Assembly (NCBI GenBank): GCA_021203305.1
Contig: JAJQBK010000052.1
Location: 10,937-74,936 of the forward strand
Source: Lachnospiraceae bacterium
GTDB taxonomy: Bacteria > Bacillota > Clostridia > Lachnospirales > Lachnospiraceae
Direction of reading: 5' to 3'
Length of the DNA: 64,000 bases
This document shows, piece after piece, positions 50,521 to 61,018 of the stretch. Position 1 is the stretch's first letter, and the number at the start of each line of letters is the position of its first letter. The notes beneath the pieces were generated by a model, which saw nothing but the letters and a program-made list of their open reading frames with translations, was not told the origin of the DNA and ran no database searches. Both the position numbers and the translations under genes were made by a program.

Positions 50521-51618
50521 TTATCTCTGGACTCTCGCGCCGGCGCCGCCCATGATAGCTTCCACTTCCTTCTTATTGGCCATGGAGGTGTCGCCCGGGG
50601 TAGTCATTGCCAGTGCGCCGTGAGCCGCGCCGTAATTGACCGCCAGCTCCGCGTTCTGGGTGGTCATCAGGCCGTAAACCAGGCCGGAAGCAAAGGAGTC
50701 GCCGCCGCCTACACGGTCCATGATCTCCAGGCCCTTGTAATCCTTGGCCTTGTAGATCTCGCCGTCCGCCCAGCAGATCGCGCTCCAGTCGTTGACGGTA
50801 GCGGTCTTAACGGTGCGGAGGGTGGTCGCCACTACCTTGAAGTTCGGGTAGGTCTTGGCCGCCTCGTTGATCATCTTCTTGTAGCCGTCCAGATTCAGCT
50901 CCTTTAAGTTGGCGTCGTTGCCCTCGATCTCGAAGCCCAGGCAGGCGGTGAAGTCTTCCTCGTTGCCGATCATGACGTCAACATACTTCGCAACCTCTTT
51001 ATTCACTTCCTGTGCCTTGGCCTGTCCGCCGATGGCGCTCCACATGGAAGGACGATAGTTCAGGTCATAGGAAACCACGGTGCCGTACTTCTTCGCGGTC
51101 TTAATCGCCGCGATGACGGTCTCGCAGGCCTGCTCGGACAAAGCCGCGTAGATGCCGCCGGTATGTAACCAGCGAACGCCCAGCTCGCCAAAGATATAAT
51201 CAAAATCAAAATCAGCCGGAGTCGCCTTGGAGATGGCGGTGTTCGCTCTGTCAGAGCAGCCAACCGCGCCGCGAATACCGAAGCCGCGCTCCGTAAAGTT
51301 GATGCCGTTGCGGCAGGTGCGGCCGATGCCGTCGGTCTTCATCCACTTGATCAGGTCTGTGTCAACGCCGCCCTGGCAGATGAAATCCTCAATCAGTCTG
51401 CCGACCTCATTATCAGCGAAAGCGGTGATCACAGCGGTCTTCATGCCGAAGCACTTGCGCAGACCGCGGACTACGTTGTACTCGCCGCCGCCCTCCCACG
51501 CACGGAAGCTTCTGGCTGTGCGGATTCTGCCCTCACCCGGGTCCAGGCGCAGCATAATCTCACCGAGAGATACCGCGTCATACTTGCATTCACTTGCCGG
51601 TCTTAAATTTAAGTCCAT
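50521..51618 (-). CDS. kdgK: PfkB-family sugar kinase, 2-dehydro-3-deoxygluconokinase-like
   Basis: PfkB signatures (GGGEYNV.., C-terminal DRVGGGDSFASG). GGAGG RBS before the ATG at 51618. The substrate assignment is by family resemblance only. Confidence 0.7.
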   Translation of the reverse strand: MDLNLRPASECKYDAVSLGEIMLRLDPGEGRIRTARSFRAWEGGGEYNVVRGLRKCFGMKTAVITAFADNEVGRLIEDFICQGGVDTDLIKWMKTDGIGRTCRNGINFTERGFGIRGAVGCSDRANTAISKATPADFDFDYIFGELGVRWLHTGGIYAALSEQACETVIAAIKTAKKYGTVVSYDLNYRPSMWSAIGGQAKAQEVNKEVAKYVDVMIGNEEDFTACLGFEIEGNDANLKELNLDGYKKMINEAAKTYPNFKVVATTLRTVKTATVNDWSAICWADGEIYKAKDYKGLEIMDRVGGGDSFASGLVYGLMTTQNAELAVNYGAAHGALAMTTPGDTSMANKKEVEAIMGGAGARVQR

Positions 51619-51746
51619 TCTATACCTCCATCTTGCGGTCTCCTTCAAAGGACCGTCATATTATTGGGTGCCGCCGCGGGCAATGTCATGGACACAGCCC
51701 GTCCGCCGCATCACAGTATCCATATTGTAACATGATATGAGGTATT

Positions 51747-52478
51747 TCAGCAAGGTTTTTGGACAATTTTTCTATATTTATTTTCATCAGGCCTTTTCAG
51801 CCCCCTCAGGTACTCCTTCCTCTCCGGCGGAATCCGCCGGCTCTCGCAGGCCTTCTGAATGGTTTTATTGTGCGTCCGGACAGGCAGACGGCGCTCCGTA
51901 AGATATGGCAGGGCCGCTTGATACTGTTTGGCCAGCGCGGTGGCAAAGTACCAGGCGACCATCATATTGACATAATATTCCTCCGAGCGCACCGCCGCTG
52001 CCATTTCCAGATACTCCACAGAAAAATCCTCATCCAGAAACAGGCGCATCAGCATACCGATTCCAAAGCGAACAGTATAGGTCCGGCCGCTCTCCACCCA
52101 TTCCTTTATAAAAGGAAGGAGCTCTCTTTTGCGGCGCTTAAATATCATCGGGCAGGCCTGGTCGCAGGTGGCCCAGTTGTCCACATAGGGCAGAAAGACC
52201 TGCACCTGAGCCAGGCACTTTTCAAAATCCGGCGTCCGCTCCACTATGAAAAAATGCAGATTATTTTCCTCGAAATATAGATGAGGCAGATCCGTCAGAA
52301 AATCCTCAATCTCCTCCCGCCCCGCCAGCTCCTTCGCGTACCGGCGGAGTGCCGGAGTGCGAACGCCGATGACGTTTTCCTTATCCACAGTGGGGATCAG
52401 CGCGCTCTGGAAATCTCTGTATTCCAGGTCCCGCGATGTGAATAACCGGGTGCGGATTTCGTTTGATATGTCGTTCAT
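51747..52478 (-). CDS. DNA alkylation repair protein (AlkD-like HEAT repeat)
   Basis: YRDFQSALIPTVDKENVIGVRTPALRRYAKEL is typical of the family. Start uncertain because no good RBS is present. Confidence 0.7.
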   Translation of the reverse strand: MNDISNEIRTRLFTSRDLEYRDFQSALIPTVDKENVIGVRTPALRRYAKELAGREEIEDFLTDLPHLYFEENNLHFFIVERTPDFEKCLAQVQVFLPYVDNWATCDQACPMIFKRRKRELLPFIKEWVESGRTYTVRFGIGMLMRLFLDEDFSVEYLEMAAAVRSEEYYVNMMVAWYFATALAKQYQAALPYLTERRLPVRTHNKTIQKACESRRIPPERKEYLRGLKRPDENKYRKIVQKPC

Positions 52479-52571
52479 GCAGAATAAATTGCTGAAGTGA
52501 AAGGTCAGCTTCAGCACCCTTCAAAAACAAAAAATTCAGTTAAAAAAGGATAAGCACATCTCCGGTGATCC

Positions 52572-53123
52572 TCAGACCTCGTTGGGATCCTTTCTGGCCG
52601 GAAGGAAGGCAGTGACAAGGTCAATAACCGCCTCCACGATCAGGGAAACGGCGATAAAGGTCCACAGCACCGCGGTGATGTTCAGCGGATTACAGATGAT
52701 GAACACAGCGCAGGCAATGGTGACAGCCGCTCCAATGGCGCTGATCCACCAGTGTCTCACCTTCATGCGGAACATATTCACCGTAAGCTCCACCTTCATG
52801 ACGCCGCTTATCAACGTAGCGACGCCGTAAATGACCGCCAGCGCCGGGAATGTGGCGGCAAACCACTGGGGAGTTGTTACGCAGAAGATTCCGCAGATTA
52901 CCTCGATAAGCCCCGTGGACAGCTTTCTCTCAAAAATCCCGGTCGGCGGCGCGTTTCTGAAATATCTGACGATATTGATCGCTCCGACCACCGTCAGAAT
53001 GGCGCCCGCCACCATGATAATCCTTGTCGTAAAGCTGACCGGATCGATCAGCAGGGAAATGCCTACGACCAGTTCACAGAGCGCTCCCGCGACGCCGGAG
53101 CCGATCTTCTTAAATTTCTCCAT
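52572..53123 (-). CDS. hdeD: HdeD/DUF308 family membrane protein
   Basis: Six short TM helices in a repeated pattern. AGGAGG RBS. Confidence 0.65.
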   Translation of the reverse strand: MEKFKKIGSGVAGALCELVVGISLLIDPVSFTTRIIMVAGAILTVVGAINIVRYFRNAPPTGIFERKLSTGLIEVICGIFCVTTPQWFAATFPALAVIYGVATLISGVMKVELTVNMFRMKVRHWWISAIGAAVTIACAVFIICNPLNITAVLWTFIAVSLIVEAVIDLVTAFLPARKDPNEV

Positions 53124-53181
53124 TTTTCTCCTCCTGTCCGGCGCGCCTGTGCGGCATGCCTGAAAAATTTATGATACAAGG

Positions 53182-53370
53182 GACAAAAGGTCAGAAATCG
53201 AATGCGTGCGACGCGAAGCTAGTCCTTTAGGGCATTCGCATTTATGACCCTGGGGGTCTCCGCTTCGCTCCTACGGGCAAAGCCCGCATGCTATGCAGGT
53301 CGTTGCTGAACAAGCGCCACCGGCGCTTAGCAACCGCAACGACATGACACCCGTAGGGCGCCCTTTTGTC
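53182..53370. ncRNA. Highly self-complementary GC-rich element of about 190 nt (candidate structured RNA or REP/MITE-like element)
   Basis: Closing pair GACAAAAGG (53182-90) / CCTTTTGTC (53362-70). Internal pairs CGAATGC/GCATTCG, GCGAAGC/GCTTCGC, GACCC/GGGTC, CCTACGGG/CCCGTAGG, GTCGTTGC/GCAACGAC and AAGCGCC/GGCGCTT. No coding frame. Strand unknown. Confidence 0.4.
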
Positions 53371-53373
53371 GCT

Positions 53374-54543
53374 TTAATCAATTTTCTGTTGCTTTTGTCC
53401 TTCCGCCTCCTGCCTCTCCCGGTACGCCAGCCCCTTGTACATCAGCTTCCTGGCCACATCATAAATCACCGCGAACAGGGGCACACCGATCAGCATTCCC
53501 ACAAAGCCGAAGATTCCTCCGAAAAACAGGATGGAAAATAAAACCCAGAAGCTGGACAGTCCGGTCACGTTCCCCAGAATGCGAGGGCCCAGAATATTGC
53601 CGTCAAACTGCTGCAGAATCACCACGAACACCACAAAAATCAGCGCCTTCACAGGCTTGACAATCAGAATCAGCAGAAAAGAAGGCACCGCGCCGATAAA
53701 GGGGCCAAAGAACGGGATGATATTGGTCACGCCCACGATCACGCTCACCAGACCCGGATAGGGAATCCCCAGGATCAGCATTCCCACGAAGCAGATCACG
53801 CCGACAATCAGAGAATCATAAATCCTGCCCCCAATAAAACCGCCAAACATTTTGTCCGCAAAGGTGACCTCCTCCAGAATGGCGTCGGCCCATTTTTTCC
53901 TCATAATACTGTGGAGCAGCTTTTTGGCCTGCTCGGCGAATTTTTTGCGGCCCAGCAGCAGATAAATCGCCACAATCATGCCGATGAAGAAGTTTTTGCA
54001 CAGGGTAATCAGGCTGCCCACGCCGGTAGCCACACTGCCGATCAGGGTCTGAAGCCCGGGCAGGACGCTGCCGGAAAGCCAGTTTGTGAGAGTGGCGGAC
54101 AGCTCTCCCGACAACTCGCTGATATAATTGCTCAGCACCTCATTGTCGCCGAAATAGGTCAGCAGCCAGTTGGAAAGGCTCTGCACGCTGTCCGGTATCA
54201 TCAGCGCGATGGTATAGATGCTCTGAAACAGCGACGGAATCACCATTAAAAACAGGGCTCCCACCGCCAGAACCGCCGCCGCCAGCGCCAGCACAACGCT
54301 CAGCCCGTGGGCCTGACGGGGCAGCTTTTCCTTCAGATGTCTTTCAAAAAAATTGCACATGGGCTTCAGGATATAGGCAATGACGCCGCCGATGATGAAG
54401 GGCATGAGCACACCTATAACCACATTCGCGCCAGTCCTGATGGTATCCAGCCTGGAAAGGAAAAAGAATAAAAGAATGCTCAGGGCCGCCGCCTTAAAAA
54501 GCGCCCAGGCAAGCTGATTGCTGAAGTTTCTGTCGTCTTTCAT
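53374..54543 (-). CDS. AI-2E family transporter (PerM/YhhT-like)
   Basis: 8 TM helices and the conserved C-terminal GFVGMLIGVPLFAV region. Confidence 0.85.
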   Translation of the reverse strand: MKDDRNFSNQLAWALFKAAALSILLFFFLSRLDTIRTGANVVIGVLMPFIIGGVIAYILKPMCNFFERHLKEKLPRQAHGLSVVLALAAAVLAVGALFLMVIPSLFQSIYTIALMIPDSVQSLSNWLLTYFGDNEVLSNYISELSGELSATLTNWLSGSVLPGLQTLIGSVATGVGSLITLCKNFFIGMIVAIYLLLGRKKFAEQAKKLLHSIMRKKWADAILEEVTFADKMFGGFIGGRIYDSLIVGVICFVGMLILGIPYPGLVSVIVGVTNIIPFFGPFIGAVPSFLLILIVKPVKALIFVVFVVILQQFDGNILGPRILGNVTGLSSFWVLFSILFFGGIFGFVGMLIGVPLFAVIYDVARKLMYKGLAYRERQEAEGQKQQKID

Positions 54544-54751
54544 GAACTCCGTCTCCCGTTTTTTCTGAAATGATTATAATCAACGCCTTTCATTTTTTTC
54601 AATGGACAAATGAGTTTATTTGTCAATATATCGGACAAATCAGCCCGTCTGTTACCTGTTATGAGCATATAAGCCTGCCCATGCGGGCATACCCAAAGAG
54701 TCTCCCGAAGAGAAACCCGTGAATAATATCGCTCTGAAAGCCTGCCACGTC

Positions 54752-54794
54752 AAAAGAAAGGACCCGGAAACTGTGATTCCCGGATCCTTTTTTC
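54752..54794 (-). terminator. Terminator after gltD
   Basis: 11-bp stem (with two G-U pairs) GGATCCGGGAA / TTTCCGGGTCC, followed by TTTCTTTTG on the minus strand. Confidence 0.6.
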
Positions 54795-54863
54795 TGATTT
54801 TCAGACATAGATATCTATTCTGACTCATGTGTGCCTTCATACGGCGCCATGTTCAGAGAGCAC

Positions 54864-56357
54864 TCACTGAATCATCAGATTGGAGTACCCCATCAGGCTC
54901 TCGTCCACCGCGTAGGCGGCCTCCCTGCCCTCTCTGATCCCCCACACAACCAGACTCTGGCCCCGGTGCATATCGCCGGTGACGAACACGTTTTCCACGC
55001 TGGTCTGGTATTTGCCGGGCTCCGTCTTCACATTGGTGCGGGGATTGAGCTCCACGCCGAAGGCGTCCGCCACATAGGACTGGCAGCCCAGAAAGCCCGC
55101 GGCGATGAGCACCACCTCCGCGTCCAGGCGCTGCTCCGTGCCCTCCAGGGTTTTCATGACCATGCGGCCTGTGGCCTCATCCTTCACCATGGCGGTGCGG
55201 ATGGTGATCACGCCGGTCAGCTTTCCGTCCTCCCCCTTTTCAAATTCCTTCACCGTGGTCTCAAAGATGCGGGGATCATGACCGAATTTTGCGATGGCCT
55301 CCTCCTGCCCGTAATCGGTTTTCAGAATTTTGGGCCACTCCGGCCAGGGGTTGTTGGCCGCCCGGGATACCGGGGGCTTCGGCGTCATCTCCAGCTGGGT
55401 CACGCTCTTACAGCCGTGGCGCATGGCCGTGCCCACGCAGTCATTGCCGGTGTCGCCGCCGCCGATGATCACCACATTTTTATCCTTTGTATTGATAAAA
55501 TTGCCGTCCTGCAGGTTGGAGTCCAGCAGACTCTTCGTGTTGCGGCTCAAAAAATCCACCGCGAAATAAATCCCCTCGGCGTCTCTTCCCGGCGCGTTGA
55601 TATCCCTCGGATTGGAGGCTCCGCAGGCCAGGATCACACGGTCATACTGACTCATCAACTCCTGAGCGCTGATGTCCACTCCCACATTAACGGACGTTTT
55701 AAATACTACGCCCTCCGCTTCCATGACAGCAACCTTGCGGTCGATCACGCTCTTTTCCAGCTTCATGTTGGGGATGCCATAGCGCAGCAGACCGCCCACG
55801 CGGTCGCTCCGCTCATATACCGTGACGCTGTGTCCCCGACGGTTTAACTGATCCGCCGCCGCTAAGCCGCTTGGCCCGCTCCCCACGATGGCGATGGTCT
55901 TGCCGGTGCGCACCTTTGGCGGCTTCGGGTCAGCATAGCCTTTCGCGTAAGCGTTCTCAATGATGGCATACTCATTTTCCTTTGTGGAAACCGGATCGCC
56001 GTTCAAGCCGCACATACAGGCGTTTTCGCACAGCGCCGGGCAGACCCTGGAGGTGAACTCCGGGAAATTGTTGGTCTTATGCAGACGGTTATAGGCCTGC
56101 TTCCAGTTGTTGGTATACACCAGGTCATTCCACTCCGGCACCAGGTTGTGCAGAGGACAGCCGCTGGCCATGCCGGCGATCATCATGCCCGCCTGGCAGA
56201 AGGGTACGCCGCAGTCCATGCATCTGGCGCCCTGGAGGCGCTGGCTCTCCATCGGAAGATGCTCATGGAACTCATTGAAATGGCCGGTTCTGGTGACCGG
56301 AGATTCCGCCGTGGAGACGGCTCTCTCATATTCCATAAATCCTGTTGGTTTTCCCAT
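54864..56357 (-). CDS. gltD: Glutamate synthase small subunit (NADPH)
   Basis: N-terminal Fe-S Cys clusters and two Rossmann motifs (IAIVGSGPSGLAAA, VVIIGGGDTGNDC). Confidence 0.95.
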   Translation of the reverse strand: MGKPTGFMEYERAVSTAESPVTRTGHFNEFHEHLPMESQRLQGARCMDCGVPFCQAGMMIAGMASGCPLHNLVPEWNDLVYTNNWKQAYNRLHKTNNFPEFTSRVCPALCENACMCGLNGDPVSTKENEYAIIENAYAKGYADPKPPKVRTGKTIAIVGSGPSGLAAADQLNRRGHSVTVYERSDRVGGLLRYGIPNMKLEKSVIDRKVAVMEAEGVVFKTSVNVGVDISAQELMSQYDRVILACGASNPRDINAPGRDAEGIYFAVDFLSRNTKSLLDSNLQDGNFINTKDKNVVIIGGGDTGNDCVGTAMRHGCKSVTQLEMTPKPPVSRAANNPWPEWPKILKTDYGQEEAIAKFGHDPRIFETTVKEFEKGEDGKLTGVITIRTAMVKDEATGRMVMKTLEGTEQRLDAEVVLIAAGFLGCQSYVADAFGVELNPRTNVKTEPGKYQTSVENVFVTGDMHRGQSLVVWGIREGREAAYAVDESLMGYSNLMIQ

Positions 56358-56372
56358 GCTTGTCTTCCTCCT

Positions 56373-59300
56373 CTACTTTCCCTTGACCATGTAAAAGGCC
56401 TCGATCTGCGCCTGCTCGGCGTTTAAGCCCTTCTTCTCCATCTGGACGATGGCGGAGAGCATCTTTTCATAATCATTGGGAATGATCTTTTTAAACTTCG
56501 GCAGATATTCCCCGAAATGATCCAGAATATATTTGCCCTTCTCCGAGTTGGTGTAGGCCACATGCTCGCTGATCAGGTCCTTGATGGCGCTGACGTCATA
56601 CTTGGAGGTAATTTCCCGGGAGGAAATCATGCCCTTATTCAGCCGCTTGTACAGGTCGTTATTTTCATCCAGCACATAGGCGATGCCGCCGCTCATGCCC
56701 GCCGCGAAATTCTTGCCGGTGGGGCCTAAGACCAGAACGGTGCCGCCGGTCATGTACTCGCAGCCGTGGTCGCCCACGCCCTCCACCACCGCGGTGGCGC
56801 CGGAATTTCTCACGCAGAAGCGCTCCCCCGCCACGCCGTTGATGAAGGCCTTGCCGCTGGTCGCGCCGTAGAGCGCCACATTGCCGATAATAATATTCTC
56901 CTCATGCTTAAATTTACTGCCCCTTGGCGGATAAATGATCAGCTTGCCGCCGGAAAGTCCCTTGCCAAAATAATCGTTGGCATCGCCTACAAGCTCCAGA
57001 GTCAGACCCCTGGGAATGAACGCGCCAAAGGACTGGCCGCCGCTGCCGTTGCACAGCACCCGGTAGGTATCCTCCGCCACATTGTCGCCCAGACGCTTTG
57101 TGATCTCACTGCCCAGGATGGTGCCGAAGGCCCGATCCATATTTTTCACATCCACCTCGATGGACCGCTTCTGGCCTTTGGAGATGGCCTTATCCAGCTG
57201 TTTTAAAAGAACCCTCTCGTCCAGCGTATTTTCCAGCCTGAAATCATAGACCTGCTCGGGAATGAAGGTCACCTTCATCTGTCTGGCATCGTAGGGATTA
57301 TTTAAAATCTTGTCCAGCGTAATGCGGGACTGCAGATCGGTCAGGCCGCTCTTCACCTTCAGAAGGTCTGTGCGTCCCACCAGCTCATCCACCGTGCGCA
57401 CGCCCAGCTTCGCCATATGCTCCCGCAGATCCTGAGCGATAAAACGCATGAAGTTTTCCACATACTCCGGCTTGCCCTTAAAATTTTTGCGCAACTCCGG
57501 ATTCTGGGTCGCCACGCCCACCGGGCAGGTATCCAGGTTGCAGACGCGCATCATGACACAGCCCATGGTAACCAGGGGCGCGGTGGCAAAGCCGAATTCC
57601 TCTGCGCCCAGCATGGCGGCTATCGCCACATCCCGGCCGGTCATCAGCTTGCCGTCAGTCTCAATACGAACCTTGTTGCGCAGGCCGTTCATAATCAGGG
57701 TCTGGTGGGTCTCCGCCAGTCCCAGCTCCCAGGGGAGTCCCGCGTTGTGGATGGAGTTTCTGGGAGCCGCGCCGGTGCCGCCGTCGTAGCCGGAAATCAG
57801 GATGACCTGGGCGCCGGCCTTGGCCACGCCTGCCGCTATGGTGCCCACGCCCGCCTCAGAAACCAGCTTTACGGAGATACGGGCGTCCCTGTTGGCGTTT
57901 TTCAGATCATAAATCAGCTGCGCCAGATCCTCGATGGAATAAATATCGTGGTGCGGCGGCGGGGAAATCAGGCTCACGCCGGGGGTGGAGTGTCGGGTTT
58001 TGGCAATCCAGGGATAAACCTTTCCTCCGGGCAGATGGCCGCCCTCACCGGGCTTGGCGCCCTGGGCCATCTTGATCTGAATTTCCTTGGCGCTGACCAG
58101 ATATCTGCTGGTCACGCCGAAGCGGCCGCTGGCCACCTGCTTGATGGCGGAGCAACGGTTCAGGCCGTCCCTGCCCACCGTCAGGCGCTCCAGATCCTCG
58201 CCGCCCTCGCCGGAATTGCTCTTGCCGTGGAGACGGTTCATGGCAATGGCCATGGTCTCGTGGGCCTCCTTTGAAATAGAGCCGTAGGACATGGCGCCGG
58301 TCTTAAAGCGAGTCACAATGCTGTCCACGCTCTCCACCTCATCCAACGGCACGCCCTCCTCCGGATAATCAAACTCCATCAGCCCCCGGAGATTGCGCAC
58401 GCCGCCCTCCTCGTTGATCATTTTGGTGTACTGCTTGAACATCCCATAATCGCCGCGCTGGGTGGACTGCTGCAGCATGTGGATAGTGGCCGGATTGTAC
58501 AGGTGCAGGTCCGCGCCACTGCGGCTCTTGTGCTGCCCCGGGCTGTTCAGCGTCAGGTCATTGTCTAGCTCCAGCGGGTCAAAGGCCATATCGTGAAGCT
58601 CATTGATCTGATTCTCAATATCCTTTAAGGTGATACCGCCCACGCGGCAGACCGTGTTGGTAAAATATTTGTCAATGACGGCCTTGTCGATGCCGATGGC
58701 CTCAAAAATCTTGCTGCTCTGGTAAGACTGGATGGTGGAAATGCCCATCTTGGAGGCGATCTTGACGATACCGCTTAAGATAGCTTCCCGATAATCGCTC
58801 TCCGCCGCGTAATAGTCCTTGTCCAGCATGTGGTTGTCGATCAGTTCCTGAATGGTGTCCAGGGCCAGGTAGGGGTTGATGGCGCTGGCGCCGTATCCTA
58901 AGAGGGTCGCGAAATCATGCACGTCCCTGGGCTCGCCAGTCTCTAAGATCAGGGACAGGCTGGTTCTCTTCTTGGTCTCCACAAAGTGCTGGTTTAAGGC
59001 CGCCACCGCCAGCAGGGAGGGAATGGCCACGTGGTTTTCATCCAGGCCTCTGTCGGAAAGGATCAGAATATTGGCTCCGTCCTTGAAGGCCTTGTCCGCC
59101 TCATTGAACATGCGATTGATGCTCTTCTCCAGGCTGGTGGTCTTATAGTAGGTCAGGGGCACGGTGGCCACCTTAAAGCCGGGCAGATTCAGGTTCTGAA
59201 TCTTTAACAGATCCGTGTTGGAGAGAACCGGGTTTTTCACCTTCAGCATGTGGCAGTTTTCCGGCTTTTCCTCTAAGAGGTTGCCGCTGGTGCCCATATG

Positions 59301-60920
59301 GATGGCCGTGGCCGTCACGATCTCCTCACGGATGGAGTCGATGGGCGGGTTGGTGACCTGGGCGAACATCTGCTTGAAATAATGGAACAGAGGACGGTGG
59401 CTCTTGCTCAGGACCGGGAGCGCCACATCCACGCCCATGGCCGCGGTGGCCTCCGAGCCGTTCTTCGCCATGGGGAGAATGGCCTGCTTTAATTCCTCAT
59501 AGGTATAGCCGAAAGCCTTCTGGATCCTCTGGCGCTCCTCATAGGTGTACTTCGGCACGCTCTTGTTGGGAATCTTGATGGAGCTTAAATCCGTCAGGTT
59601 ATTGTCCAGCCACTCGCCGTAGGGCTGGGCGGAAGCGTATTTTTCCTTGATTTCATCGTCGCCGATGACTCTCCCCTGCACGGTATCGATGAGCAGCATT
59701 CTGCCGGGGCGCAGACGCTCCTTGACCACCACCTTGGTGGGGTCGATGGGCAGGGCTCCCACCTCGGAGGACAGGATCATCTGCCCGTCGTCGGTGATCA
59801 TGTAGCGGGAGGGACGCAGGCCGTTTCTGTCCAGAACCGCCCCCATCACATCGCCGTCCGTAAAAAGAATGGAGGCCGGGCCGTCCCATGGCTCCATCAT
59901 GGTGGCATAATATTGGTAGAAATCCTTCTTGGTCTGGCTCATGGCCTTGTCGTTGGTCCAGGGCTCGGGAATGGTGATCATTACCGCCAGAGGCAGGTCC
60001 ATGCCGGACATGACAAAGAATTCCAGGGTATTGTCCAGCTGGGCCGAGTCGGAGCCGGAAGCCTCGATGCAGGGCAGGACCTTATTGAAGGAATCCTTTA
60101 AATAGACGCTGTCCATGGTCTCCTCGCGGGAGAGCATCTTGTCGGCGTTGCCGCGGATGGTGTTGATCTCGCCGTTGTGTACGATGTAACGGTTCGGATG
60201 GGCGCGCTCCCAGCTGGGAGTGGTATTCGTAGAGAAGCGGGAGTGGATCATGGCGATGGCCGCCACATACTCCGGGTCCTGTAAATCCGAGAAAAAGGTG
60301 CGCAGCTGCCCCACCAGGAACATGCCCTTGTAGACGATGGTCCTGCTGGAAAAGCTCACCACATAGGTGTTGCTGGTGGACTGCTCAAAGACCCTCCTCG
60401 CCACGTAGAGCTTGCGGTCAAAGTCAATGCCCTTCTCCACATTGGCGGGCTTTTTCACAAAGCCCTGGATGATATAGGGCATGCACTCCAGCGCCTTGTT
60501 GCCCAGCACCTCCGGGTGCGTCGGCACGACACGCCAGCCCAGGAATTTCAGGCCCTCCTTCTCAACGATGATCTCAAACATCTTTTTGGCCTGATTTCTG
60601 GGCATCTCCTCCTGAGGCATGAAAAACATGGCGATGCCGTACTCTCGCTCGCCGCCGATGTCAAAGCCCAGCTTCGCGGTCTCCCTCTTGAAAAAAGCAT
60701 GGGGAATCTGGGTCAGGATGCCGACGCCGTCGCCGGTTTTTCCCTCCGCGTCCTTGCCGGCTCTGTGCTCTAAGGTCTCAACGATCTGCAGGGCGTTCTC
60801 CACGGTCTCGCGGGTCTTAATGCCCTTGATATTGACGCAGGCGCCGATGCCGCAGTTGTCGTGCTCGAAGGCCGGGTCGTACAGGGGTGCTGCGGGGACT
60901 TCTCTTTTTACATCAAACAT
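56373..60920 (-). CDS. gltB: Glutamate synthase large subunit
   Basis: Ntn amidotransferase Cys1 (HDNCGIGA), the FMN/3Fe-4S central domain and a C-terminal GXGXG beta-helix. 1515 aa. Confidence 0.97.
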   Translation of the reverse strand: MFDVKREVPAAPLYDPAFEHDNCGIGACVNIKGIKTRETVENALQIVETLEHRAGKDAEGKTGDGVGILTQIPHAFFKRETAKLGFDIGGEREYGIAMFFMPQEEMPRNQAKKMFEIIVEKEGLKFLGWRVVPTHPEVLGNKALECMPYIIQGFVKKPANVEKGIDFDRKLYVARRVFEQSTSNTYVVSFSSRTIVYKGMFLVGQLRTFFSDLQDPEYVAAIAMIHSRFSTNTTPSWERAHPNRYIVHNGEINTIRGNADKMLSREETMDSVYLKDSFNKVLPCIEASGSDSAQLDNTLEFFVMSGMDLPLAVMITIPEPWTNDKAMSQTKKDFYQYYATMMEPWDGPASILFTDGDVMGAVLDRNGLRPSRYMITDDGQMILSSEVGALPIDPTKVVVKERLRPGRMLLIDTVQGRVIGDDEIKEKYASAQPYGEWLDNNLTDLSSIKIPNKSVPKYTYEERQRIQKAFGYTYEELKQAILPMAKNGSEATAAMGVDVALPVLSKSHRPLFHYFKQMFAQVTNPPIDSIREEIVTATAIHMGTSGNLLEEKPENCHMLKVKNPVLSNTDLLKIQNLNLPGFKVATVPLTYYKTTSLEKSINRMFNEADKAFKDGANILILSDRGLDENHVAIPSLLAVAALNQHFVETKKRTSLSLILETGEPRDVHDFATLLGYGASAINPYLALDTIQELIDNHMLDKDYYAAESDYREAILSGIVKIASKMGISTIQSYQSSKIFEAIGIDKAVIDKYFTNTVCRVGGITLKDIENQINELHDMAFDPLELDNDLTLNSPGQHKSRSGADLHLYNPATIHMLQQSTQRGDYGMFKQYTKMINEEGGVRNLRGLMEFDYPEEGVPLDEVESVDSIVTRFKTGAMSYGSISKEAHETMAIAMNRLHGKSNSGEGGEDLERLTVGRDGLNRCSAIKQVASGRFGVTSRYLVSAKEIQIKMAQGAKPGEGGHLPGGKVYPWIAKTRHSTPGVSLISPPPHHDIYSIEDLAQLIYDLKNANRDARISVKLVSEAGVGTIAAGVAKAGAQVILISGYDGGTGAAPRNSIHNAGLPWELGLAETHQTLIMNGLRNKVRIETDGKLMTGRDVAIAAMLGAEEFGFATAPLVTMGCVMMRVCNLDTCPVGVATQNPELRKNFKGKPEYVENFMRFIAQDLREHMAKLGVRTVDELVGRTDLLKVKSGLTDLQSRITLDKILNNPYDARQMKVTFIPEQVYDFRLENTLDERVLLKQLDKAISKGQKRSIEVDVKNMDRAFGTILGSEITKRLGDNVAEDTYRVLCNGSGGQSFGAFIPRGLTLELVGDANDYFGKGLSGGKLIIYPPRGSKFKHEENIIIGNVALYGATSGKAFINGVAGERFCVRNSGATAVVEGVGDHGCEYMTGGTVLVLGPTGKNFAAGMSGGIAYVLDENNDLYKRLNKGMISSREITSKYDVSAIKDLISEHVAYTNSEKGKYILDHFGEYLPKFKKIIPNDYEKMLSAIVQMEKKGLNAEQAQIEAFYMVKGK

Positions 60921-61018
60921 GGGGTTTCTCCTTCATTTTGGGCATAAGAAAAGGCGACAGGCTCACCGACTCGTCTTTGAGGCAGCAGCTTATCAACCTT
61001 CCTGCTTAAAATTATGAT

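Noticed and set aside
53299-53343. Integron attC-like site (GTTGCTG...TTAGCAAC)
   Set aside because: The core sequences do not fit the RYYYAAC/GTTRRRY consensus, and there is no integrase or cassette structure nearby.
54831-55847. Long antisense ORFs within gltD/gltB, typA, secDF and pnp (54831-55847, 57417-58274, 41081-41938, 23162-24253, 4177-4878)
   Set aside because: They sit opposite highly conserved housekeeping genes. Their His/Gly/Arg/Leu-rich composition is typical of antisense frames, and they have no independent expression signals.
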